Below are positions 1 through 12,400 of a DNA stretch of 64,000 nt, piece after piece. Origin of the DNA: Haliotis rubra. Lineage: Eukaryota. Made by a program: the position numbers and the translations under genes. The stretch is taken from NCBI RefSeq assembly GCF_003918875.1, contig NW_025767172.1, forward strand, positions 124,001-188,000, in the 5' to 3' direction. Below the pieces are notes generated by a model that saw nothing but the letters and a program-made list of their open reading frames with translations, did no database searches and was not told the DNA's origin. The stretch's first letter is position 1; each line of letters begins with the position of its first letter.

Positions 1-274
1 ATTTGAAGGAACATATATAGATTCAATGAGATAGAAACTCGTGTTAGTCTCACACAAACACACACACTTACATATACTACTGGAATAAAGTTACTGTGCA
101 TTATTTGATATTTTGCCATTTTTAAAGCAAAAAGATAATAACATGATTTTTGGTGTGTCTTTTAATCACTGTTTAACTGTTGACAAGGTAATTTCGAAAT
201 CTGTATGATTTGACTCCAGGCATAGTGACAAGCATTAACAAGAAAATAGGAGCAAAGACTTCTTTAAGAGGTAC

Positions 275-445
275 CTGGACACATCTGCCTTTGGCAGGGT
301 GTCGTTTCTAGTGCATTGCCATCACATGGCTTTCCACCTATGTCGGGGAAAGGACTGTCACAGTAACGGTGCCTTGTCCTCGTGCCTTTACCACAGCTTA
401 CTGAACATGGTCCCCAGTCCATCCATCCACCCCAGCCGCCATCAG
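275..445 (-). CDS. Exon: thrombospondin type-1 repeat
   Basis: ADGGWGGWMDWGPCSVSCGKGTRTRHRYCDSPFPDIGGKPCDGNALETTPCQRQMCP; phase 1-1, 171 nt. Confidence 0.93.
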
Positions 446-3400
446 CTGCAATGAGTGAGTGAGTGAGTATAGTTTTACGACGCTTTTAGGCAAGAAGTTA
501 AGGTCTCGCAGATACATGTCTGAAAGAGTATTGCAATCGGTGGTCATAAAAAACTTCATTAATGAGTGAGTGAGTATGGTTTTAAACCGCTTTTAGCAAT
601 ATTCCAGCAATATCACGACGGGAAACACCAGAAATGGGCTTCACACATGGTACCAATGTGGGGAATAGAACCCGGGTCTTCAGCGTGAGGAGCGGGAGCT
701 TTAACCACTAGGCTACCGAACCAACCCAATCAGTTGCAATAACGAAAAGAATACTACCATGCGGTAGTACGGAACCTTGTAGGCATTCCTTGCTGGTCAT
801 ATTGTCCTTGTTGCAGATATTCTCGTCTCTGTAGATCAGCAACAGTTTATAAAATGTTTTCATGAAAAGGTAAACATATTTGGCAACATTGTTGCGATAT
901 TGTTGAAGCATGTTTAAAAATACGTTATTTAAACCATACTCGTTCCTTTAGACAAATAATCCCAGTTCTTATCTCAACATTAAAAGCAGTGGGGCAAAGT
1001 CATCGTTGTTGCCACAGTAGTATGATTTACCTATCGATTTGATGGTAACATGGACGTCTGTTTTCAGAAAGGAAATGATTCAGAGAAAATACTATTTTGA
1101 AGAAGGTAGTGTTTTGAGAGGACCTCTTGCATCACAATGGAAATGGTTCTATTGCTGGAAATCCAACACTGCACCTAATGCCAGCTTACATACCTGGGTT
1201 AGTACAGCAAGTTACATTTCACTGGACTGAATGTCTACATTGAACAAGATGGAAGCCATGCTACGTGCAATAAATGACATAAGCTCATAGCAACAGTCTG
1301 TTATGAAGCGCGAAAAACATGGCATCTTATTACTACAGTAACCAATTGCATCTAAGTGACCTACCTATCTTGTCTCTGCACAGATTTCCTCTGTATCCCG
1401 GATGACACTCACACCGATACCCGTATGAGGTCACTAGACACGTGGAATTGTTGCTGCATATGTTATCTTTACACAAATCAGGAGGCACGTCACATTTGTC
1501 ACCAGAGTAACCTCCCCTGCATACGCATCTGAACGCACTTCCGGTAGGGATACAGACGTTGTCTCCGCATGGTTGACTGATGCAGACATCGGGTTCTGCC
1601 AATGAATAGAGAGTTTAAAGGTGTCATTTATAACATATGTTACAAGAGGCTAATGTTTTCCTCATTTGGTACATGGAGCGTTATCTGGTGACCATCAATT
1701 TCGTATTGACGCGAAATGGCATGTGCGTCAGACAGCCGTGCTTCAGGCAAAGGAACACTCACAGTTCCAACAGGAGAGCCAGGGGGCAAAGGAGTTATCG
1801 CCTAATAAAAAGGGATTTTTTTTACAATATAACTGCATGAGAGTACATGAGCCCCAGACCTCACAGCCAATCTAGGGCCAAGAAAGACTTCTGGAGATTG
1901 GTTGATTGGTTGGTGGGTCTGTTGCTTAACGCCACACTACTGCGTTACACTCACAACGAACCAAATCGCTGTGTATACATACCGGTCAACATACGAAAGT
2001 TGGTTGATTGCTTGCTGTTTTACTCCGTACTCAGCAATATTCCAGCCAAATGGCGGTGGTCTATACATAATCGAGTCTGGACCAGGCAATCCAGTGGTCA
2101 ACATCATCAACATGGATCTAGGCATGTGTCAACTCTTACGGCAAGGATAGGTTGTTGAAGACCAATTCTAACCCGGATCTTCACGTGTCGACTTCTAGAG
2201 ATTTTGTCATCTGATCTAGTTTCGCAAATAGTTTCTAGGTCACAAATATCTCAGCTTGTGACCACCAGTATCTCAGAAACTGTGACTGGAAGTGTCGACT
2301 GTTCTCATCCAATTACAAATTACAGTTTATAGTGTTATCAAATGCCTATGACTTGGGCTGAAGGAGACTTGGGTTGAAGGTCATGGTTCTGCATATTTAT
2401 TCTTGACTAATATTTTTGAATTTACAAATATTTTATTGTCTTTCTTGCAGCATTTATATCAGAAAAGCGATTACATGAATTCTTATCACAAGTTTAAAAG
2501 GAAGTAACATAATACATTCCTCATCTGAAGTTTTAAGGTAGTCAGCATCAGAAACCTCCATTGAACAAGAATCAAAACAAGGAATGTTCAACACTAGTTC
2601 TATGAAGTAAGGAACCTTGTTGATACTGTAGTAAAACAGGTTATTTGAGACCGATATCGCTTCCCGCAGCTATGATTATTATTTTGTGTTTATATTATTG
2701 TGGTCCTTGTTTTTTTGTATCGTGTGTTGTTGTTTTAGGTTTGACAGTGTAGAATACAATGCCGCGGACCTACGGCAACCCATCCACACTCAGCCCAGAC
2801 AGCGAATATCACGTCTTCCAGCACAGCGTCAACGAATGGGACTTCCAGGAAACGATGCATAGTTGAACCTTCCAAATCCCACGAAAACCTTTTCGAAGAA
2901 CAGGAAGACTGTAGAGTTTCAGAAGGGTTTCGTGTTGCTGGTGCCAAACCCGGGTACTCTGTCAATGTAAGTATCAATGTATATTCTGAGGTACCAAACC
3001 TAAGGCACCAAGCAGAACCTTATTGTTATAACCTTGTTCCAAAGTCTACACCGGGGTCGTGATGAAATAATTCCTCATTGCATGAAACCTATTGCCGGCA
3101 TGTGGTAATATTTCGCCCAAGGCATTCTGGAAATATTAGCAAGATTGGAGTTGCGAGATTTTTCATACTTGTACCTACTCATGCAAGTGCTGGGTACAAC
3201 TTCCAACACCTTGTCTAAAGCAGCCATGTCCTTCTGCACCAGGGAGAAGAGAGAGTCTTGGCTGTACGAACTACACGTTGTAGACATGTTCCTCACGACC
3301 TCCGAATTGGCTGACGGCAGGAAGTTAAGGTCTCGTAGATACATGTCTGAAAGAGCATTGCAATCGGAAGCCATAAGACACTTCATTAGTGAGTGAGTGA

Positions 3401-6400
3401 GCTTAGTTTTACGCCGTACTCAGCAATATTCCAGCTATATGGCAGCAGTCTGTAAATAATCGAGTCTGGACCAGACAATCCAGTGAGCAACAGCATGAGC
3501 ATCGATCTGGGATTGGGATACGACGACATGTGTCAACCAAGTCAGCGAGTCTGACCACCTGATCCTGTTAGTCGCCTCTTACCACAAGCATGGGTTACTG
3601 AAGATCAATTCTAACCCGGACCTTCACGAGTGTCACTTCATTAATGAGCGGGTGAGTAAGCATTGCATTTAACAATAAACCTGCAATATCATGGCGGGGA
3701 CACCAGAAATGGGCTTCACATATTGTACCCATGTGGGAAATCGAACCTGGCTCTTCAGCGTGACGAGAGGACGCTTTAACGATTAGGCTACCCCACCGCC
3801 ATATGACACTTCACTAATCAAATGAGATCTCTCAGATTTGTCAGCAACAACCATTTTAAACAATCCCAATGATGGCAATCACAGTATTCTGTAGCCCGGA
3901 CTCGATTATTTACAGACCGCCGTCATATAGCTGGAACATTGCGCAATGAGGCGTTGAACAACAAACACACAAAAACAAAACAACTCACAAGCATGTCCTC
4001 TTATTGTAATCTCCATCACAGATGGTGTCGAGGAGGGACAGTCTTGGGCTTCTTGAAATACCTCTTCTGCAATGGCTGTCCCTCCGACGTACATCGTGAG
4101 CGTTGGGTGAGACCATGTAACTGCCACATGAAGCCACTTGTTTTCCACAGCGTTCTCAACATGCAATTCATCCCTAAGACAAAAGGAAAAAACGTATTCC
4201 TTTTGAAATAAGTCTTGTCACTTGATGTGTAATATTTCCTGTTTTCATTGGGTACAAAAAAAATTCTTCAAGAAAGCAAACCTTCTCTTGGTTTCCTTTT
4301 TCAAAAAGAAAAGTCCAGGGTGTAAGAGAAGATTTTAACATTTACCACTATAAACGCATCTTAAAGATGTTTCTTTACGTGAGTTATATACTCGTAGTAT
4401 CTAAACAAATGAGAAAAACGACATCACATTATACAGGTTAGCCACACAGCCAAGTGGATCTCAGCTAATTCCTGATCGGTTACTTGAGACGAGTTTTACA
4501 CATGATATTTATTTGTACCAAGATTACTAAACAATAACCAGAAGGATAATTTATCAGTTTGAGTTTTGTGGCGCTTTTGTAGTACAGTCAGTTGGTCGCG
4601 TGGTGCAATGCACTCTATGTACTCCCGAACCTTGCATTAAGGAGATGGTTTACCTGAGCGGAGCACATTGATTCAATATGACAACATTGTAAGGTATCAT
4701 CACATAAGATGATTATAAGCTTATTTTTGAAGGTATTGTCATTTAGGTTTAAAAGTGAACGTCTTCACAAACAATATTTGTTCGAAAGAAATATCCACTG
4801 TTACCTCTCTCTTAGGATCACTCGAATGTCGGAAGAAACATAAATATCTAAGGCCGTCCCAATAGTAGGGCTGTACACCTGGAACTTGATTCCACCGTAA
4901 TCTGTGTCTACGAGCTTGATCCAGACAGAAAACGTGAAGTCGCAAATTCGAGAAGGTTTCATGCCTTCCAAGGGGACTGTAATTGGTCCTCGCAACAAGA
5001 AGTCGAATGCTGGAACCGACACACAAAACATGATATTGTGCGATTCAGTAAAACGGCCATAATACAGCAACGTTTGCCTGTGAATGAAATAATCGATTAC
5101 GTTCCGTTTAGCCATCCAACGTTATACTGGTTGGTCAATCACATTTCACATTGAAACTGGTTGACTGTATTTCAGCTAAGTATTGTGGCACTCCTCGATG
5201 CCGAAGTTGAAATTATTAAACACCAGCACTTAACTGTGGGGGAGGTCGGGTAGCCTAGTGGTTAAAGTGTTTGGTCGTCTCGTCGTCACCCGGGTTCGAT
5301 TCCCCACATGTGTACAATGTGTAAAGCCCATTTCTGGTGTCCCCGCCGTGATGTTGCTGGAATGTTGCTGATAGCGGCGTGAAACTATACTCACACAATC
5401 ACTCACTCACTCACTCACTTAGCGGAGTTCCTCTAACACGATTAGACGTGTATGGAAGACAGAAATACATGCATTCTTACCAACACATTGTTTAGCTGAG
5501 TTTGCACCTTCCTCCTCTGTGGTTGTACCAACCGGACATGGAATACACTCCATCTTGTTACCTTCATGTTGGTAAGACTTTAATGGGCATTTGAAACATG
5601 GAACCACGCCGTTGTTGGAATATGTTCCGGGATCACACATTTCTGAAACAATCAACCTCACTTTTATTTAAATATATGTATCTTAGTCACAAACATCTGA
5701 GCACTTCGTAGACACTCCTTGTTGGGACCAAGCGAGACGTGTCTTGTTTAGGTGGCTGATGAGCTAATTAAAAGTATTATATTTGGGTTTTTTTAAATAC
5801 GATGATTATAAGCTTTCATTTAGCACCTGTATGTAAATGGAATATGAACTGGGTTTCTTTGGTGAAACAATTGAGAGCATAAAGAAGTATGTTCAAAGAA
5901 TAACAATCAAATATTGGGATCCACGTATATAGAATGTAACGGTCTTCCGCCTATCCGTGGTGTAGTGGTTACTGCATCCGCCCGGAGAGCAGAAGGTAGC
6001 GGGTTCGATCCCCGACCGCGTCACACCAAAAGACGTTAAAATATGATACTTGTTGGTCCCTGCCTGGCGCTCGGCATTAATGGGTACAACAAGGACTGGT
6101 CGGCTCGGAGTCAGTATAATGTGTCTGAGTGGGGTATTCATGCTTCACTGCGGCAAGGTATCTCAGTGGGCTAGCACTATAAAACCAGCTTCAGTCTGGG
6201 TTAGTACAAGCAGCCGCACATGCACATACACACGCATGCACGTCGTCATATGAGCGAAATATTCTCTCTAAACCCAATTTCACCTCACCTCACCTTCATC
6301 ATCACATCCATTCTCTTCCCACAGAGGTTACTTAAGTCATATCTTCTCACGTACCTCTGTTCTAATACGGCCATATTTCCCGGTGAATGCATCACATCAG

Positions 6401-9400
6401 GACTTGATATTTTGGTCACTTAACATGAAACTGTTTGATTATGTAGAGGGTGAGGGTGATGTTGAGGAACTAGGACCTAGATATTACCCTGATGTTTGAT
6501 GAAGGATACATACCTTCACAGGACGAAACGTTTACATTAGCAAGTGTGACCGTGGTGTTGCCATCAGGACATTTCGAACAGCTGGTCTGTCCCTCCTGGC
6601 TCTGATACTGCCCGTACCCACACGCCATGCATTCATCCCTCGTGGAATTGTGATAGGACCCGGATGGACATGGCGCTACAAAGTACATGAGGTATGTTTT
6701 AAAGGCACGTACGGCTGTGAGGATCCAGATTAGAATAGGTTGGACCACTCAAAGTCTTGGTAGGTTGGTTTGTTGTTTAACGCCGCACACAGCAATTTTT
6801 ACAGCTATTCTTGTGCGGATAAGTAAACTTTGGTTAAAATCTACAATAATTTGGTTCATTTTTTTTGTTTCTTGTACGCTGCACCCAGCAATATTCCAGC
6901 TATATGGTCTGTAATTAATCGAGTTTGGACCAGATAATCCAGGGATCAACAGCATGAGCAACGACCTACACAACTGGGATGCGATGACGTGTCAACCAAG
7001 TCAGAGAGTCTGACCACCCGATCCCCTTAATCGCCAGTTACGACAAGTATGATTTACTGAAGACTAATTCTAATTCAAAATCTTGACATAACATACGGCT
7101 GAATCGATGGTCCCTTTTCAAAACTCCATCACTATCGCAAGCTAATGCTGAAGTATGGGGGTTAGGGTCACCTCAGCGCCAGTATTGCTTTGCGGAACGG
7201 GTGACTTGGCAGAATAGTTTTATGGTATTACCCAATGTCTATGGTGTTCGATATGGTAGAAACGTGTTAAAGATTTCGCCACAGGTCCGATTCATCATAT
7301 GGTACAATGAGTGATGTGAGTGAGTGAGTGAGTTTTAGTTTAAACGCCGCTTTTAGCAATATTCCAGCAATACCACGGCGGGGGACACCAGAAATAGTCT
7401 TCACACATTGTGCCCATGTGGGGAATCGAACCCTGGTCTTCGGTGTGACGAGCGAACACTTTAACCACAAAACTACCGCACCGCCCCCTTGTGATATACC
7501 TGTAATATTGCTTAATGGCTTTAAAACAAACTCACTGATAAATCAGATTACTCTGCATTTCTTTATTGAAAACACTTTTACTTAAAACACCCGTGTGATA
7601 ATATTTCATTCACTGTATCCCAACGCTATCATTAAATATCAGATAATAAGTGTTTATCCAAATCGCCCCATTGGAATAATTATGTGATTAGAATAAGCAT
7701 GAGAAACATATCACGTTACTATCGATCGAGCTTGATCGAACATTTTGATCAGGCAACAATGGTTCAAACAGGTTACTGTCGGTACTTTGTTGTAATGAGA
7801 CCTGAAAATATCAGAACATAAATCAGGACTGCATACCACACGAATCTTTATGGAAGTATCCGACCTTGTATCCAGGTCCACAGATAGGTATTGCGTCTCT
7901 CACTCGTGCTCTCGTTGCCCGGATCAGTCTGCCACCAGCTCGGAAGGCTGTTTTAGCTATTCGTCTAGCAATGGTTTTAAGTTTAAACGTCGAGGATCTC
8001 ATGTTTGCAGCAAAGTCACGGTTATGGACGTTGGCATTTAGTACTACTACATCAAACATGATGTAGCTAGGTCGCTTTCTGTTCCTACTAGGTCGCTTTC
8101 TGTACCTTCCTCTATACTTTCTTCGACCATACCGGGCTTCACGCTTGCGAAGCCTCAGCCATTCTACGTCATCAATTTGGTCTCCACATTTGACCTTAAC
8201 GTTCTCTACTGTACAGTGGTCTATGTTAGGACAGAGGCCATCGCTGAATACTACTTTCAGGAAGTTATCCTTTATTTCAGCATGAGCATCTTCACATGGA
8301 CCCTGGAAATAATAGTACTCTGGCATACTCAATTTTTCGCCATGCTCACGCCCTGCCAACAGAAGAAAAGACCTGAATAAATGGAAAAGTGATACATAAG
8401 GACACACACTGATACAGGAGTTGCAAGAGCCATCGGCTGTAGCCGTCAGATACAGTCTGAGGACCCGTCTGCAGAACCAAACTGTAATTGCACTCCACGG
8501 GCCACGGATTACGAGGATTACAAAACAGTGGTATAATTTGTATATATACCAGATATATGAGATTGCGGATGAAGTAGACACAGTTGCAGAAATACAGAAA
8601 ACTTAATGGGAGAGCTTAAATTGTTTTAAATACAACTGCAAAAAATTACTAAGATTTTTATGTATGCTAACTTCTTAGAATGAACGGATATAGAGTACAT
8701 TGGATGATGGGTAAAATATGCTGACAAGTATCTGATTCTGCTTTGCCAACAATATAAGCCACACCTTAATACTCTGCTCAGGACGTATGAATATAGTTTT
8801 GCACATCACCAAACAAAACTAGATAAGTATATATAAGGTTGATCTCGTTAGCATTAACTTCAGTGTTTTACAGAGTTACATAGCATTACAAGATGGAACT
8901 TTTAAACAATAACAGAGGTGGTCAAAAACTGTGATGGATTGCTATGATGGATATATGTATACTAAAAATGTTTCAAGAAAGTTCTACATTCATTTGAAAT
9001 GTTCCCAAACAAGAGGGTTTGGTTGTTTCATTAACCACGGATGTTTCTATTGAACTGTGATAAGTAAAAGTGAACATAACCACATTAGTGATGAAAACAA
9101 AGTGCAAGCAGCAAAACTCAAAACTACCATGAAGGATCATGATACAGCTACCAGAGGTAAACTATCCCAGATCATTGCTGACAATGTAGTTAATGTGCCC
9201 TTAGCTTTAGCATCTCTGCCTTGTGAAGATGCCAAAGATGGGATGAGTGTCTTGCAGTCTCAGTGCCCTGATGAACTGCAAGACTTGGTAGCTTACTTCA
9301 CTTCCACATATGTATCTGGAAGCTTTCGAACCATTCAAATTCCAGGTACCATAGGAGAGGAACATCTATCATTGTGATTACGAAGGGTAGCACATGTTTC

Positions 9401-12400
9401 CACCAGAAGTTTGGAATGTTCATAGTCACCGTTGAAGATCGTCATTGTACGAACAACAGCTGTGAGGCATGGAACCATGGGGTTCGTGAAATGATTAGTC
9501 ATGATTAACCATCTCTTTGGGTGGCAGTTGAATCAATTCAAAAGGACCAAGCTTTGGTATCTACAGCGTTACTCCGGATGACCCAAGGCCTGCCACCACG
9601 AAAGAGAATGTGAATTCCAACTGTGACTCTTCAAAACAGACTGTAACAACTATGTATTGACTACATCAGCAAAGAAAAAACAATGGAAGAATTTCTGAAG
9701 TCTGTTGGTGCCACTATTAGACTGAACTAAAATGGTTAGATTTATTAGAATGAACTAAAACTGTTAAAGTGCTATTCAGTGTGCTATGTGATATGCTGTT
9801 TCTGTGCAGTCTATTGGATAAACGCTATTCATTATTTACTCTCTCAGTGAGCTATATTATGAGCTGTTTCTGTGTAGTTGAATAAACGCTATTCATTATT
9901 TACTCTCTCAGTGAGCTATATTATGAGCTGTTTCTGTGTAGTCTATTGATAAACGCTATTCATTATTTACTCTCTCAGTGAGCTATATTATGAGCTGTTT
10001 CTGTGTAGTCTATTGGATAAACGCTATTCATTATTTACTCTCTCAGTGAGCTATATTATGAGCTGTTTCTGTGTAGTCTATTGGATAAACGCTATTCATT
10101 ATTTACTCTCTCAGTGAGCTATATTATGAGCTGTTTCTGTGTAGTTCAATAAACGCTATTCATTATTTACTCTATCAATGTTCTATATTGTATGCTGTTT
10201 CTGTGTAGTTCAATAAACGCTTTTTATCTTTGACTCTAACAATGTGTTATATTTTACGCTGCTCGTTATTTACTCTCTCAGTGAGCTATATTATGAGCTG
10301 TTTCTGTGTAGTTCAATAAACGCTATTCATTTTTTACTCTATCAATGTTCTATATTGTATGCTGTTTCTGTGTAGTTCAATAAACGCTTTTTATCTTTGA
10401 CTCTAACAATGTGTTATATTATACGCTGCTCGTTATTTACTCTCTCAGTGAGCTATATTATTAGCTGTTTCTGTGTAGTTCAGTAAACGTTATTCATTTT
10501 TTACTATAACAATGTGCTATATTATATGCTTCTTCTGTGTAGTTCAATATACGGTATTGATTATTTACTCTATCAGTGTGCTATATAATATGTTGTATCT
10601 GTGTTATGCAATAAATTAATATTATCATGTTGAGAAAAATATTGATGTTGTGGGCAAAATTCCTCCCTGTAAAACATGTGGTGGGCAGAGTTCCTGTAGA
10701 TAAAGTTCTGGGGGCAAAGTTCCCTGTGGGCAAAGTTCTATACACCGCCAATTTCAACTGGATGGTTTGATAATGGAAACTGCAATAAAGGCATTCTAAT
10801 TCCCCCATAAATAGGTTAATGTTCAAAGGATAGGTAATCATTTATATTCTTATAATTTCGTGCTTTGAAGTTTACACAGATTCCTGAACGTTGGTTGGTT
10901 GAGAGAGCGGTCATGTGATCTAAAATTCAAGGTTTGAACTCGCTCGTTCACACGAGTTTGAACAACGCTTTGACATCGTTCATTTTTCAGTGCAAACACA
11001 CAAACTGACATTCAATTCTTAAATATAGGTATGATGTATACTTTCTCATTGTTGTATTTTCAGTTTAGGTTTGACGTAAGCATTGCAAAATTTTAGAATT
11101 AATCTATAATTTAGGCCTAATCAATTGATGTAGGGTTACAAGGGTTTATTGTACTTAGTCACAATGTAGGTCTACTGTGTATAGGCCTTATACCGTATGT
11201 TTATACCTCTGAGGTTAGATTTTTAAGGCTACAAAACAACTTACCATTGAACATTTTTAGTCCCCATCTTGTATTTTTCATTGTCGACTGGCTGTGGAGT
11301 TGTTGTTCAAGGCTTTGAAGTTTTTCTTCCGAAGAAATTACAAATCTTGATGTGGATGTGGCCTTTTGAGGACCGATTTTGTCATCAGTGGTCACGGGCG
11401 TTTCCATTTTTATGATCTGGTCATTTAATATCGAATCCGCAGATGTGTGGACAGGTCCCCGCATCAGTCATCTCGAAAATAGTTGCTCAAGATTCACATC
11501 TTGCAAAAAATCCATATCCACAATATTTGCGGTGCCAATAGAAAAATTGCCGTAGTCGACGCCGATGTTGTCAGCCATGACTTTGCAGTAGCAGACGACA
11601 AACGAGCGAAAAACATTGTTTTTTAATAAAGAAATATTAAAAATATCATTTTATTTGATTTATGAACTTTGTTATATACAAGAACAACTAAGTGATATGT
11701 AGAAATTAAAAGGAGTGTGAATACAAATAATTGTTATTTTGTTTACGTGAAGCTGGACAGAGAGTATCCTGGGAAAACCCGGAAAGTAGTTCCGGCAAAA
11801 GTGCACATGACCTAGATCAGCTGGAAAACGTTCACACACGTATGAACGATTTGAAGGGTTCAAGAGATATGAACCTTGAATTTTAGATCACATGACCGCT
11901 CTCTCAACCAACCAACGTTCAGGAATCTGTGTAAACTTCAAAGCACGAAATTATATATATATGGTTACATCGAAAATGAATTTCTCAACTAACTTTGGGA
12001 AACCAACTGCAAACTTTATGCTGATGAATTGCAGGAGGATCATGCAACACATTGCTAAAAGCATGTGCAAATATCGTGCATGTGAACAGCTGCGTTTTGA
12101 TGTAAAGTTTTGTTAAGAATTTGCCAATTTTCACTGAACTTCATCATTTACTAAACTCATGACAATAATCTTTTCAACGTTACCAATTTCTTTTACAATA
12201 CATCGGTTCATGTGTAAACAGTGCCTTTAAACAGAATGGAATATTTTGCAAAATCTAGTATAAAACAGGTGACTGACGTAAGTGGCTACATTTACACCAG
12301 TGAGTCTAAACTTTTGACGGGTAGCATATGTTTAACCGTACACTCATATGATCTAATTTGACTTTGGAAAGGTGAAACGGTGTATTAGAACGACAAACAT

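Noticed and set aside
3595-3630. Hammerhead core CUGANGA (ctgaaga) on the antisense strand of family B
   Set aside because: No matching GAAA core or NUH cleavage site in the required positions.
9790-10590. CRISPR-like regular array
   Set aside because: Tandem units without unique spacers, eukaryotic context, no cas genes; the same applies to the other arrays.
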